Shown: piece by piece, positions 15,097 to 25,098 of the stretch
Numbering within the stretch: position 1 is the first letter of the stretch
Layout of the letters: the number at the start of each line of letters is the position of its first letter
Source: a virus
Lineage: Duplodnaviria > Caudoviricetes
IMG/VR virus record: IMGVR_UViG_3300005286_000494
Location: 1 to 38,882 of that record
Direction: 5' to 3' (one strand)
DNA length: 38,882 bases
Notes under the pieces: generated by a model
Database searches by the model: none
The model's input: the letters and a program-made list of their open reading frames with translations, nothing else
What the model was told of the DNA's origin: nothing
Position numbers and translations under genes: made by a program

Positions 15097-16207
15097 GTCA
15101 ACGCTTGGCGGTTCGCTGTCGCTGGCCTGCGCAAACGCTGGCGCGAAAGTTGCTTGGGTTGTGCCGACTTATAAAAACGGTCGACCGCTCTGGCGTTGGG
15201 CCGAGGCCACCGTTGCACCCGTGCGGCGTTTGGGCGTCGATATCAGCCGATCGGAGCGAATGATATCGTTTCCATCGGGAGGATTTCTGGGGATCTATTC
15301 GGCTGACAACCCAACAAGCATCTTGGGCGACTCGTTCCATTTAGTGGTTATCGACGAGGCCGCCCGAATCGCTGAAGAGGTGTGGACCGAAACCCTCTTG
15401 CCGACACTGGCCGACTACGACGGGCGCGCCCTGCTGATCAGTTCGCCGCGTGGTCGAAACTGGTTTTACAACGAATGGTGTCGTGGTCAACGACCAAACA
15501 GCGAGATTAAAAGCTGGCGAGCGCCGACCTCGGCCAACCCAAACCCGCGCATTCAGCGAGCGGCCCAGCTGGCCCGGGAGCGTATTCCAAACGCTGTTTA
15601 TCGCCAAGAGTGGAATGCCGAGTTTGTTGAAGATGGTCTTACCCTCTTTCGCCTGGTCGATGTTGAGCACGCCGAGATCGATGCGGTCGGTGATCAGCCT
15701 AAGCAAGAGGGTCATAGCTATCTGACCAGTGTGGATATTGGCCGCCGGCAAGATGCAACCATTATCAACACGTTCGACACAACAAAAGAGCCATTCCAGC
15801 GCGTAGCCTTCGAGCGCCTAGAGCGCGTACCTTATCCCGTTATTCAAAGCCATATCGAACGGCGCTGGAAGCAGTATGGCGGCGCGCTGGTGATCGAATC
15901 GAATGGCGTTGGTGATCCGGTGATTGAGAATCTACGTGTACCAGCAACGCCATTTGTAACCAGCAGCAGAACCAAAGTGCAGGCGATTGAGGCGCTACAG
16001 CTGTTGTTAGAAAAAGATCGACTCAAAGCCAAGTGGGATCAACGCGAACGATCAGAGCTGGTCAAAGCGGCCTGGGACGATGATCATACCGCCGACGAGA
16101 TTATGAGCTTGGCGATCGGTGCCTATCAGCTACAAAATAACCTAGATGTAAGTCAATGGATTCAACGATATCAGACAGCACGAGGCCAACATGCCGACGC
16201 CACCTAA
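14999..16207 (+). CDS. terL: Terminase large subunit
   Basis: Walker A GRRWGKS, Walker B VVIDEAA, SSPRG.NWFY, YRQEWNAEF, nuclease VDIGRRQDAT, ESNGVG. Confidence 0.95.
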   Translation: MALLLPRLRIDQTRIAKHPAKTQVLAMGRRWGKSTLGGSLSLACANAGAKVAWVVPTYKNGRPLWRWAEATVAPVRRLGVDISRSERMISFPSGGFLGIYSADNPTSILGDSFHLVVIDEAARIAEEVWTETLLPTLADYDGRALLISSPRGRNWFYNEWCRGQRPNSEIKSWRAPTSANPNPRIQRAAQLARERIPNAVYRQEWNAEFVEDGLTLFRLVDVEHAEIDAVGDQPKQEGHSYLTSVDIGRRQDATIINTFDTTKEPFQRVAFERLERVPYPVIQSHIERRWKQYGGALVIESNGVGDPVIENLRVPATPFVTSSRTKVQAIEALQLLLEKDRLKAKWDQRERSELVKAAWDDDHTADEIMSLAIGAYQLQNNLDVSQWIQRYQTARGQHADAT

Positions 16208-18308
16208 TGGACGAATAATAGATCTAAGCTATGCCGCTGCGCGGATCGCCGATCGCGTGATCGGCTCGAATTTCAGCAGCTTGATGGCGACGCGCTTTGG
16301 GCCGGGCCAGCCTATCGCGCCGACGGCGAGCGCAAGCGACCAGGCCGCCGGGCCGCGCCAGTTCCAATATCCGGTTGCGGTCAATACCAACATTGTCACG
16401 CCTCGGCGCGAGTATCCCCAACTTACGCCCTTTGAGCAGTTGCGCAGCCTAGCGGCATCGTATGACGTCGCCTCCTTGTGCATTGCTACTATCACTGACA
16501 TTGTGTCTAACCTCGAATTGCAGATCGTTGCCAAGAACAAGAAAGAGCAGGCCGCCGAAAATGGAACCTGCGACGCGCTGCGCGATTGGTTTAGCAAGCC
16601 CGATAAAGTCAACGATTTAAGCTCTTGGCTCACCATGCTGATCTATGACCAGCTGGTGCTCGATGCCTTGACGATCTATCCAAGGCGAGCCCAGGGCGGC
16701 GGCCTGTGGGGCCTTGAAGTGGTCGACGGCTCGACGATCAAGCCGCTGCTCGATACACGCGGCCAAGTAGCCGCTTATCAGCAGATTCTCTTTGGTACAC
16801 CATGGAGCAACTACGAACGATCCGACGGCGCGCCCGACGATGACGACTTCCCGCAGTTCAGCACGCAAGAGCTGCTGTATAAGCCGCGTTGGACCCGTAC
16901 CATCACGCCCTATGGCTTTCCACCCACAGAGCGCATCATTATTCGCGTCAATATGGCGCTGCGCAAGCAAACCCAAGACCTGAGCCGCTTCACCGATAGC
17001 AATATCCCCGCTGGTGTGATGTCACCGCCCGACGGCATTATGAACCCTGAACAGGTGGCCGCTTGGGAAGAATGGTGGAATGCCAAGCTGGCCGGTAGCG
17101 ACGTTGCGCGATCGCGAATTGTGTTTTCGCCTTGGAAGGGTAACTTTATTCCCTTCAGCGAATTGTCTGAAGGTGGTCGCTACGAAAGTGCGCTCGACGA
17201 GTGGATGCTCAAAGTAACCTGCGCAGCCTACGGTGTGCCGCCCCAAGAGCTTGGCTTCACCGCCGATATCAACAAGGCCACCGGTGAGATTCAACAGAAT
17301 GCGCTCTATCGGCGCTGTATTATTCCGCTGACACAATGGTTGGTACGAACGATCTTTAATCCGATTATTCAATCTCCTGAATATCTTGGCCAGCCTCAGC
17401 TGGAAGCGAAATTCGAGTATGGCGAAAGCGCGGACTCGCTCAAGCAGGCCCAAGAAGACAGGATCTATTTTGACACTGGCGCAGTCTCTAGCGACGAACT
17501 GCGCGCTATGCGCTATCCCGACTTGGAAGGGAAAGCGCCCGGTGTGCCTGTTACCCCAACTGCTCCAGTGTCTGCACCTAATCCTGCTCCTATCGAGCAA
17601 ATGGCCAAAGCCGAGATTAGCAAGGTCGGCGATGAACAAGAGCCGCCCCACGAGCGCGAGCGCCGCCAGTGGGAGAACAAGTTGCTCACTTGGCTGACCG
17701 AGATCTATGGCCGCCAGGCTGAGCGGATTCGCGACGCGCTGCGCGAGGCTGGCGATGCAATCAATATTGACGAGATCTTTGCCAGTGAGACGCTGGCCAT
17801 CTTGCGCGATATCTTGCCCCACTATGATGACATTCTCAGCAATGCCGCTGTGTTGGCATTCGACGAGGTGCCGATCGGCGTTGACTGGGATCTGGTTAAT
17901 AGCGCGGTGCTCGATCTAGCCAAGCAAGAGGCCCAACGCTTTGCAAGCGAAGTCAGCGAGACCAGCAAGGCCCAGACCGCCAAGCTTATTGCCGATTGGA
18001 TCGAAACCGGCGGCACCATGGATGAACTGATCGAGCGTGTTGGGCGCGTTTGGAGCGGGCCGCGTGCTGATGTAGCCGCTATCACAGAAGTGACTCGCCT
18101 GTTTGCCGCTGGCAACCGTGCTGCTTGGCAGGCCTCGGGCGTTGTGCAATCGCTGCAATGGAAGACCGCCAACGATGAACGGGTGTGCCCGGTCTGTGGG
18201 CCGCTCCACAATAGCGAGCTAGCGCTTGATAGCACGGCCATTCCGCCAGCACACCCGCGCTGTCGCTGTTGGATTGTGCCAATCGTTAAGCCGATCAAGC
18301 GAGGCTAG
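16191..18308 (+). CDS. Portal protein fused to a MuF/gp7-like head morphogenesis domain
   Basis: Portal-like N-terminal region (VDGSTIKP, YG.PP.E, AAYGVPPQELG), Pro/Ala linker, MuF C-terminus W.TANDERVCPVC...PPAHPRCRC. Confidence 0.9.
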   Translation: MPTPPNGRIIDLSYAAARIADRVIGSNFSSLMATRFGPGQPIAPTASASDQAAGPRQFQYPVAVNTNIVTPRREYPQLTPFEQLRSLAASYDVASLCIATITDIVSNLELQIVAKNKKEQAAENGTCDALRDWFSKPDKVNDLSSWLTMLIYDQLVLDALTIYPRRAQGGGLWGLEVVDGSTIKPLLDTRGQVAAYQQILFGTPWSNYERSDGAPDDDDFPQFSTQELLYKPRWTRTITPYGFPPTERIIIRVNMALRKQTQDLSRFTDSNIPAGVMSPPDGIMNPEQVAAWEEWWNAKLAGSDVARSRIVFSPWKGNFIPFSELSEGGRYESALDEWMLKVTCAAYGVPPQELGFTADINKATGEIQQNALYRRCIIPLTQWLVRTIFNPIIQSPEYLGQPQLEAKFEYGESADSLKQAQEDRIYFDTGAVSSDELRAMRYPDLEGKAPGVPVTPTAPVSAPNPAPIEQMAKAEISKVGDEQEPPHERERRQWENKLLTWLTEIYGRQAERIRDALREAGDAINIDEIFASETLAILRDILPHYDDILSNAAVLAFDEVPIGVDWDLVNSAVLDLAKQEAQRFASEVSETSKAQTAKLIADWIETGGTMDELIERVGRVWSGPRADVAAITEVTRLFAAGNRAAWQASGVVQSLQWKTANDERVCPVCGPLHNSELALDSTAIPPAHPRCRCWIVPIVKPIKRG

Positions 18309-18309
18309 T

Positions 18310-18732
18310 ATGCCGATTGAAGTTTTTGGACTGAATGAGACAATCAAGGATTGCCAAGAAGCGCCAGAGCTGATCAAAGAGCTGATGCTTCCATCGCTGG
18401 TAGCATCGCTTTTGTCATTGCTTCCTGATCTGGCAGACTATCCACCACGCCCAAGCACAAGCAATTACGTCCGAACTGGCACGCTTGGCCGCCTATGGAC
18501 GGCGGCGCAACCAGAATTTAAAGCACTAAAAAGCGGATTTGAGGCGCGCATTGGCAACAAGACGCCCTATGCAGGCTATGTGCAAGGCGGGAAAGAGGAT
18601 GACCCACATCAAGCATGGATGCATAAAAAACGTTGGCAGACAACTGACCAGATTTTGGCCAAGCATCAGCCCGATATTGAAGCACGATTACAAGCCGCCA
18701 TTGAGGATATCAACCTAGAATTAGGCAGATAG
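18310..18732 (+). CDS. HK97 gp10-like virion morphogenesis protein
   Basis: Y.RTGTL.R.W and IGN..PYA.YV.G motifs. Confidence 0.75.
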   Translation: MPIEVFGLNETIKDCQEAPELIKELMLPSLVASLLSLLPDLADYPPRPSTSNYVRTGTLGRLWTAAQPEFKALKSGFEARIGNKTPYAGYVQGGKEDDPHQAWMHKKRWQTTDQILAKHQPDIEARLQAAIEDINLELGR

Positions 18733-18735
18733 CGT

Positions 18736-18933
18736 ATGCAAACCAAATATGCTACAATATTAAGAGACGAACAAACGAGCGCACCAAACGACATTGTAGA
18801 GCTACGCGGACCGTCAGGACGATTGTATGGACGCCTCAATCTAAAGACACTTGAATTAGAGGTAAAGTGTAAGAACGAAGCACCAGAGCGCATCGATCTA
18901 CGCCAATTCCTTCAAGCTGGCAATCTAGCCTAA
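18736..18933 (+). CDS. Small protein, weakly Com-like
   Basis: ELR...GRL.......LEVKCK pattern and position before the protease gene. Confidence 0.55.
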   Translation: MQTKYATILRDEQTSAPNDIVELRGPSGRLYGRLNLKTLELEVKCKNEAPERIDLRQFLQAGNLA

Positions 18934-18950
18934 ATATCTTAGAGTACTGT

Positions 18951-18992
18951 AAGTACCCCTTTCCCTTGCGGGATTGTGGGTACTTTTTATTT
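18951..18992 (+). terminator. Terminator-like hairpin immediately upstream of the protease start
   Basis: AAGTACCC...GGGTACTT arms with inner TCCC/GGGA stem, followed by a T-rich tract. Confidence 0.55.
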
Positions 18993-19003
18993 GGATTACA
19001 GCT

Positions 19004-20275
19004 ATGCCCTATCTCTTTACACCAATTGCCAAACAAGATACCGAGCAGCGGATTGTCTATGGCATCGCCTCGACCGATACCCTTGATAATCAGCCGGGTG
19101 TTATGGACGGCGTGTCCTACGCCGGCGATATTGTTGACCCAAGCGCAGTAAAAGACGCGCTCGACGATTACTTGCAGTGGGCCAACGTGCGTGAGATGCA
19201 CAACCCGGTTGCGGCCGGTACCGCAATCGCTGCCGACGTGATCAACGGCAAGCTGATGCTAGCCGTCAAGGTAGTTGATGACACTGCTTGGAAGAAAGTT
19301 AGAGAGGGCGTCTACAAGGGTTTCTCGATCGGCGGGCGGGTTCTCAAGGCGGTTCTTGAAAAACTGCCCGATGGTCGCTACGTTCGCCGCATTCTGAAAC
19401 TGCTTTTGACAGAGATCAGCCTGGTCGATCGGCCAGCGAATCCGGATGCTCGCATTCTCGTGTTTAAAGGAACCGCGATGGACAAAGAAGAAGAAGAGAA
19501 GACAGAAGAGTCGCCCCAAGCACTTGCAGCGCTCCAGAAGCTGGCCGAAAAGGTTGCGCCACAGCTCCAGCTCCAAAAAGCAAGTGCAGACCCGGCCAAG
19601 ATCGTCGCCTTGATCCAAGCCGCTCGCAACGAGTGCGAACTGGGCGGCGATATGCAGGGCGCGCAACTCTACACCCAAGCGATCGCGCTGGTGATGCAGG
19701 CCTCGGGTGAGGCTGACGCAACAACGGAAGCTAGCGAGACAGAGACGAGCGAGACAGAGACGAGCGAGGTCGTAGAGAGCGCAGGCGCGGTCGCCCTGGC
19801 CGCAAAGGCCACGCTCAAGAAGGCAGGTAAGGCGATTAGCAGCGAGCGCATGAACGCGCTCAAGCAGGCGGCCAAAGCCTTGGTGCAGATGGCTGCCGAT
19901 GCAGGCGATGAAGAGTGCATGGCAGCGCTGAAGGCCTTTGGTGTTGGAGCATCGACCAACGAAGAAGGTGTCGAACTGGCGGCCAAAGCGATCAGCAGCG
20001 AGCTAGAGAAAGTGCTGACGCCGTTCGCAACTGTGCTTACCAGCATCGATGCTCGTTTGAGCAAAGTGGAAGCACAGCCGGTAGCAGGTGGTCCAGTGCT
20101 GCGAGCTGTCGAGAAGCAGCTCGGCTCGACCAAGACGTCGCAAAAGCCGCAGATGCCTAACCTTATCAAGGCTCAATTAGATGCACTGTGGCAGAAAGCG
20201 CACACTGATCCGAATCCTGCGAAGCGGTCAGACTATTTGAAGCAGCACAACGATCTGAAAGCGCAATACGAATAG
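19004..20275 (+). CDS. Prohead protease (XkdF/HK97-like) with C-terminal scaffold region
   Basis: RIVYG.AS, NVREMH, W.KV..G.YKGFSIGG, EISLVDRPANP.A; Ala/Glu/Lys-rich tail. Confidence 0.9.
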   Translation: MPYLFTPIAKQDTEQRIVYGIASTDTLDNQPGVMDGVSYAGDIVDPSAVKDALDDYLQWANVREMHNPVAAGTAIAADVINGKLMLAVKVVDDTAWKKVREGVYKGFSIGGRVLKAVLEKLPDGRYVRRILKLLLTEISLVDRPANPDARILVFKGTAMDKEEEEKTEESPQALAALQKLAEKVAPQLQLQKASADPAKIVALIQAARNECELGGDMQGAQLYTQAIALVMQASGEADATTEASETETSETETSEVVESAGAVALAAKATLKKAGKAISSERMNALKQAAKALVQMAADAGDEECMAALKAFGVGASTNEEGVELAAKAISSELEKVLTPFATVLTSIDARLSKVEAQPVAGGPVLRAVEKQLGSTKTSQKPQMPNLIKAQLDALWQKAHTDPNPAKRSDYLKQHNDLKAQYE

Positions 20276-20333
20276 TTCGTACTAGCGACGAAATACGCTC
20301 AATTTCTATTCGAGTTCTGAGGAGAAAAAGAAC

Positions 20334-21914
20334 ATGCCGCTGATTAATCAGGATGGTCGCGATGTGACCGCCGAAACCCTGCAATCCATTCACAAAATGA
20401 TTCACGATACTGGCGTTGGTCCAGAGGGCGGCCCCGAGGATCTGCGCAAGGCTGCGGGTACGGTTACGCTAGCAAACAACCTTGTCGCCTACGACCTTGA
20501 AGCCCCTGCCAAGAACCTCTATCCGGTACAGACGCCGTTGCGCAACCGTATTCCGCGCGAAACCAAGTCGAGCGGCGCTGGTACTGCGGCCCACTGGAAA
20601 GAAGTTTCAGCAATCAAGGGCGGTTCAGCCTTGCCGTTTATGGGATGGGTGCCTGAAGGTCGGCGCGCTCCCCGTATGGAGATCACGACCGCCGATCGCT
20701 CGGCCTCCTATGTCACATTTGGCCTAGAGAGCGATGTCACCTTCGAAGCCCAAAGCGCAGCTGCTGGCTTCGAAGACGAGTTGGCTGCTTCGGGTATGCG
20801 CCTGCTTCAGCAGACCATGATCATCGAAGAGAACGCGCTGCTTGGAGCAAACTGCAATGTTGCCCTCGGCACAACCGCAACGCCGACTCTGAGCGCCAGC
20901 GGGTCAAACGCGACTCTGCCGGCTGCCACCTACAGCGTGCGGGCGTTCGCATTGACCCATGAGGGCTACCTTATGGCGTCAATCACCGGCGGTATCAAAC
21001 GCTTGGAAGCAGTCACCAGCATGGACAATCGCGGCACCTATAACCTCTGTGGTGGCTCAAGCGCCGCCGGTGCGGCTGCCACCCAAGCCGTAACCCTTGG
21101 CCAAACCCTCTTTGCTAGCATTCCTGCTATCAAAGGCGCGGTTGCCTATGCCTGGTATGTCGGCACGGCTGGCAACGAAAAGCTGGAGGCGATCACCACT
21201 ATTAATAGTGCCGCCTTCTCTGAACCACTCCTTGGCACCGGTCAGCCGCTTTCCGATATCACCGATCCTACCGTTGACCGCTCGTTTAACGATGGCTCCA
21301 GCAACGGCAGCCAGGCCGCTGCCTTCAATGGTCTACTCTACGCCGCTTGGAAGTCGCCACTCGCCTATTACAAAGTTATGCCCACCGGCACGGCTGGCAC
21401 CGGCACTACCTTAACCGCTTCAGGCCGAGGTACGGTCACCGAGATCGACGAGGTTCTGCGTTCGTACTGGGATCTCTACAAGATCTCGCCCGACGAGATC
21501 TATGTCAGCGCTCAGGAACTGACCACGATCTACAAGCTCTGCTTTGTGAATGGCTCGAACCCGTTCATTCGCTTCAATATCAACCCTGGTCAGTCGGTTA
21601 GTGAATTTACGGCTGGTGCGATCATCGGCACCTACGTCAACCCCTATTCGCTTGACGGCGGCCAATCGATCCCGATCCGCCTGCACCCGAATATGGCCCC
21701 TGGCACGATCCTGTTTTGGTGCCAAGATCTGCCAGCCCACTACCAGTCAGCCAACGTGCCGCAAGTTGCTAAGGTGCAGTGCCGCCGAGACTACTACCAG
21801 ATCCCTTGGCCGATTATCGCCCGTACCAACGAAACTGGCGTCTATGTCGAGGAAGTTTTGAAGGTGTACGCGCCGTTCGCATTGGCCACTATAACCAATA
21901 TCGCGCCGGCCTAA
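20334..21914 (+). CDS. Major capsid protein with internal beta-rich insertion
   Basis: Follows the protease; YDLEAPAK.LYP..TPLRNRIPR, EE..LL, HPNM.PGTI and VYVEEVL..YAP patterns seen in HK97-fold capsids. Confidence 0.85.
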   Translation: MPLINQDGRDVTAETLQSIHKMIHDTGVGPEGGPEDLRKAAGTVTLANNLVAYDLEAPAKNLYPVQTPLRNRIPRETKSSGAGTAAHWKEVSAIKGGSALPFMGWVPEGRRAPRMEITTADRSASYVTFGLESDVTFEAQSAAAGFEDELAASGMRLLQQTMIIEENALLGANCNVALGTTATPTLSASGSNATLPAATYSVRAFALTHEGYLMASITGGIKRLEAVTSMDNRGTYNLCGGSSAAGAAATQAVTLGQTLFASIPAIKGAVAYAWYVGTAGNEKLEAITTINSAAFSEPLLGTGQPLSDITDPTVDRSFNDGSSNGSQAAAFNGLLYAAWKSPLAYYKVMPTGTAGTGTTLTASGRGTVTEIDEVLRSYWDLYKISPDEIYVSAQELTTIYKLCFVNGSNPFIRFNINPGQSVSEFTAGAIIGTYVNPYSLDGGQSIPIRLHPNMAPGTILFWCQDLPAHYQSANVPQVAKVQCRRDYYQIPWPIIARTNETGVYVEEVLKVYAPFALATITNIAPA

Positions 21915-21966
21915 TCCGATCTGGTGATCGGTTTGAATACGCGCTTGAACTCCTAAGGAGCATGCT

Positions 21967-22173
21967 ATGAGCGATACAAACAACGACGGGCAGCAACCCG
22001 ACAATACCAAATCTGAAAAAGCCAAGAAGAAGAGCGATCTGGTGCGCTTACAGCACGCGATCGACTACGATGGCGAGTTGGTTTGTGAAAAGACCAGCTA
22101 CCCGGTTGTAGCTGGAGCGGTCGAGGTCAATCCCTGGCATGTTGAACATGCCAAGCAAGCAGGATTTCGCTAA
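21967..22173 (+). CDS. Small virion-associated hypothetical protein
   Basis: AAGGAG RBS; lies between capsid and connector genes. Confidence 0.7.
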   Translation: MSDTNNDGQQPDNTKSEKAKKKSDLVRLQHAIDYDGELVCEKTSYPVVAGAVEVNPWHVEHAKQAGFR

Positions 22174-22176
22174 GCC

Positions 22177-22779
22177 GTGATCGACTACACCACACCAGCC
22201 GCCGTGTTTGCATACGGCAATAGCGCAGGTGCAGGCAATGATCCGGTCGACGAGGCTGCGCTGATGGCCCAGTTGGTCACTGCCTATAGCCGCGCTGTGG
22301 ATCAGTACTGCAATCAGGCGTTTAGCCAGGCGAGCTACACCAATCACGTCGAGCGCGCGCTCGTCGACGAGAACGGCGTACTGACCTGCTATCCCGCTGT
22401 GCCAACAATCAGCGCAATTAGCGCTATGGGGGTGCGCACTGGTGTGAGTTTCTCTCCGATCGATCTCGGCACTATCGATATTGAAGCAAACAGTTTTGGG
22501 TGTGTTGTGCGCGTGTTGGGCCAAAGCTTCGCAGGCCTGCGCGGTCGGCCAAACTTACGGGTGCGACTAAGTTACACCGGCGGTTGGGCCAACCTTGCCG
22601 CAGTTCCGCAAAACTTTCAGTGGGCCGTGACCGCCCTCTGTTGGTGGGCCTACCAAAAGCGCTCTGCACCGATCGATAAGACCGCCTACCCCGATGTAGG
22701 CATGGTCATTATTCCATCGAATTGGCCAACCCATATTAAGCAGATGCTCCAGCCTTATGTGCGTTGGATACCGATGTAG
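22177..22779 (+). CDS. Head-tail connector (gp6/gp15-like)
   Basis: L..A.SRAVDQYCN..F, V.LSYTGGW...VP, ML.PY.R motifs. Confidence 0.8.
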   Translation: MIDYTTPAAVFAYGNSAGAGNDPVDEAALMAQLVTAYSRAVDQYCNQAFSQASYTNHVERALVDENGVLTCYPAVPTISAISAMGVRTGVSFSPIDLGTIDIEANSFGCVVRVLGQSFAGLRGRPNLRVRLSYTGGWANLAAVPQNFQWAVTALCWWAYQKRSAPIDKTAYPDVGMVIIPSNWPTHIKQMLQPYVRWIPM

Positions 22780-22792
22780 GAGATGAAAAAGC

Positions 22793-22990
22793 ATGTCAGA
22801 GAAACCAAAGCAACAGCCAAGTATTGGGCGCGTCGTTCACTTCGTGAATGGGGACCAGCACGTACCGGCCCTGATCACCGATCCGAACCATAACGACCAG
22901 GGCGAGTGTGCGCTTGTGGCCGCGTTCGATCCCGAGGGTGCGCCGGCAACCTGGCACTGGCCAGAGTATGTACCAGCGGTAGCTCAGTGA
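22793..22990 (+). CDS. Hypothetical phage protein
   Basis: PSIGRVVHF...PALIT...TWHWPE motif common in phages; AGGAG RBS. Confidence 0.75.
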   Translation: MSEKPKQQPSIGRVVHFVNGDQHVPALITDPNHNDQGECALVAAFDPEGAPATWHWPEYVPAVAQ

Positions 22991-23460
22991 GTCTCAAAGA
23001 CACATTCACAGCGATCGGCGCGCGACTGGCCACGATCACCACGCCGCAAGCGCTCAAAAAGATCTATACCGATCCGAAAGAGGCGGTCAGCGTTGGCGAG
23101 TTCCCATGTGCAGTGCTCACCCTCTCGCCTTTGGTCGAGCAGGCCTGGGTCGAGGAAACTGTCGGCGATCCGGGTCTAGCGCGCCATGACTATATCGTGA
23201 GCATCTTTGTCTTTCTCGGCCAGCGGGCAACGCCATTGGCCGAGCTGCATAGCCGCTCGTTATTGTGGCCTGAACCGATCGCCAAAGCGCTGATCGCCGA
23301 TCTTACGCTAGGCGGCAAGGTTGCATTTATTGGCTATCCAGACGATAGCCGCCGCCTGTTCACCTATCAGTCTGGCCCAATCAGTTGGGCTGATGGAGAA
23401 TATTGGGGTATTCGATGCCAACTACCAGTGACCGAGAAAATCAGCATGACGATCGGATGA
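22987..23460 (+). CDS. Tail terminator-like protein
   Basis: AL.ADLTLGG.V motif; position before the tail tube gene; GTGA coupling. Confidence 0.7.
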   Translation: MSLKDTFTAIGARLATITTPQALKKIYTDPKEAVSVGEFPCAVLTLSPLVEQAWVEETVGDPGLARHDYIVSIFVFLGQRATPLAELHSRSLLWPEPIAKALIADLTLGGKVAFIGYPDDSRRLFTYQSGPISWADGEYWGIRCQLPVTEKISMTIG

Positions 23461-23636
23461 TCGTTTTGCGCTGGCGTGGAAACGGTGCGTTGCCTGATGT
23501 ACCGGCTCGCGACCTTAGCGCCAAGGATATCCGCGCAACGCCATATACCCAAAAGCAGCTCCTTGATAGTGGGGTGTATGAGCGCGTAGCTACATCAGCT
23601 GCGCCAGCCGCGCCTGAAAAGGCGAAGGAGAAATAA
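23457..23636 (+). CDS. Small tail-region hypothetical protein
   Basis: ATGA coupling; LPDVPARDL...LL.SG.YE. Confidence 0.65.
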   Translation: MIVLRWRGNGALPDVPARDLSAKDIRATPYTQKQLLDSGVYERVATSAAPAAPEKAKEK

Positions 23637-24653
23637 ATGGCACCAGGCCGAAAACGTTTACAAAAAATCCAGCTTGGTAAAGAGGCCGTTGCTGGCACTT
23701 TAGTGCCTGCGACCACAATCTGGCGCGGCGCTGGCGCAACCATCAGCGACGATCGTACCCTTGAAGAGATCGAAGAGCTCTCGGGCATCTTCGAGGGGCC
23801 GGATCGCACCAACATCACCGCCTATAAATCGACGCTGGAGCTATCGAGCACGCCGCTCACCTTCGAGCAGGTGCCGTACCTGTTTGCGATGGCGTTTGGT
23901 GGTCCTACCACCGGTGTGGCAGATGGCACCGGAAGCGACTTCATCTATACAACCAATCTGCCTACGACAAGCGTAGCAGCTCCTGTGACCTATAGCGTTC
24001 GCGCAGGCGATGACTTCCAGGCGGAGTCTATGACCTATAGCGTCTGCACCAAGATCGGAATCGAATTCACGGCTGGTAAGACGGCCACTATGAGCGCGTC
24101 GCTCTTAGGTCGAGAAACCAAGGTGACCACCTTCACACCAGCCTTGGCCTTGCCTGAGGTTGAAGATGTGCTTGGTAGCAAGTTTAAGGTCTACCTCGAC
24201 GATGTGTCGGGTAGCTACGGTACGACGCAGGTATCGAATGCGGTTCTGGCCGGCAAGATCAATTTCGAATTGACCTGGGAGCCGAAGTATACGCTCGATG
24301 GCAGCCTCGACTATAGCTATGTAATGCTCACTGGCTATAAGGCGACGGGTGAACTCACCTATGAGCACGATACTGCCGTATCTGGTTCTGGCGGTGCAAA
24401 AGAGTTCTACCGAAACCAAACAGCCAAGCTGCTCCAGCTCAAAGCGGAAGGCTCGGCCTTTGGTACGGGCGGGACCGATTATCAGAACAAAACCTTTATT
24501 GTGAACCTTCCAATCAAGTTCACCAAGATCGGTGTGCTTGGCGACCAGAACGGCAACGATATCGTTGTGATGTCGTTCCGCAGCCGCTACAACCTAACCG
24601 CCGGTAACGCTGGTGCAGTAATTGTCGCCAATGAGCTGACAGCGCTGCCCTAG
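23637..24653 (+). CDS. Major tail tube protein
   Basis: IQLGKE...GT.V.AT N-terminus; beta-rich; upstream of chaperone and tape measure genes. Confidence 0.85.
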   Translation: MAPGRKRLQKIQLGKEAVAGTLVPATTIWRGAGATISDDRTLEEIEELSGIFEGPDRTNITAYKSTLELSSTPLTFEQVPYLFAMAFGGPTTGVADGTGSDFIYTTNLPTTSVAAPVTYSVRAGDDFQAESMTYSVCTKIGIEFTAGKTATMSASLLGRETKVTTFTPALALPEVEDVLGSKFKVYLDDVSGSYGTTQVSNAVLAGKINFELTWEPKYTLDGSLDYSYVMLTGYKATGELTYEHDTAVSGSGGAKEFYRNQTAKLLQLKAEGSAFGTGGTDYQNKTFIVNLPIKFTKIGVLGDQNGNDIVVMSFRSRYNLTAGNAGAVIVANELTALP

Positions 24654-24699
24654 CGATCGCTCGTGTTGGAGATTCTCTAGCTATAGTAAGGATAGAACA

Positions 24700-25098
24700 A
24701 TGGCCAGACTGGTACCCGCCCGTCTCGAAGATGCGTATGACGAATCCGAAGTAGAGCTGGAAGAAGAGGTAGAGCTGGAAGAAGAGGTAGAGCAAGAAGA
24801 GCAGGTTCGGAGTTATACGATCGACCTGACAAAGGTCAAGGTCAAAACCCTGCGTGCATTTGAAGCCGCCCAGCGCCGAGGCTTCACAATGGATGACTTG
24901 GTGAATCTGCTGCCTCAGTTGATCGATGGTATCACCAGCGAAGAAATCGACGAAATGAATATCGTCGAGCTTGAAGAGACCATGCGCGCGGTCGAAACCC
25001 AAATGGGTGGCGCAATCCCAAAAGCGAAAGGGGCGACCTCCTTCTCGCCCTCCAAGGCTTCCAAGGTATCGCGCCCCCTGCATGGGCGGAGACGCTGA
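24700..25098 (+). CDS. Tail assembly chaperone (gpG-like)
   Basis: Between tube and tape measure genes; contains slippery heptamer C CCA AAA. Confidence 0.8.
   Translation: MARLVPARLEDAYDESEVELEEEVELEEEVEQEEQVRSYTIDLTKVKVKTLRAFEAAQRRGFTMDDLVNLLPQLIDGITSEEIDEMNIVELEETMRAVETQMGGAIPKAKGATSFSPSKASKVSRPLHGRRR

Noticed and set aside
17900-18308. MuF polymorphic toxin
   Set aside because: The protein ends right after the HPRCRC motif, with no toxin extension or immunity gene.
24748-24801. 18-bp tandem repeat (EVELEE) in the chaperone and 15-bp repeat (SETET, about 19733-19768) in the scaffold as phase-variation tracts
   Set aside because: Unit lengths are multiples of three in low-complexity linkers, so copy changes would not switch expression.
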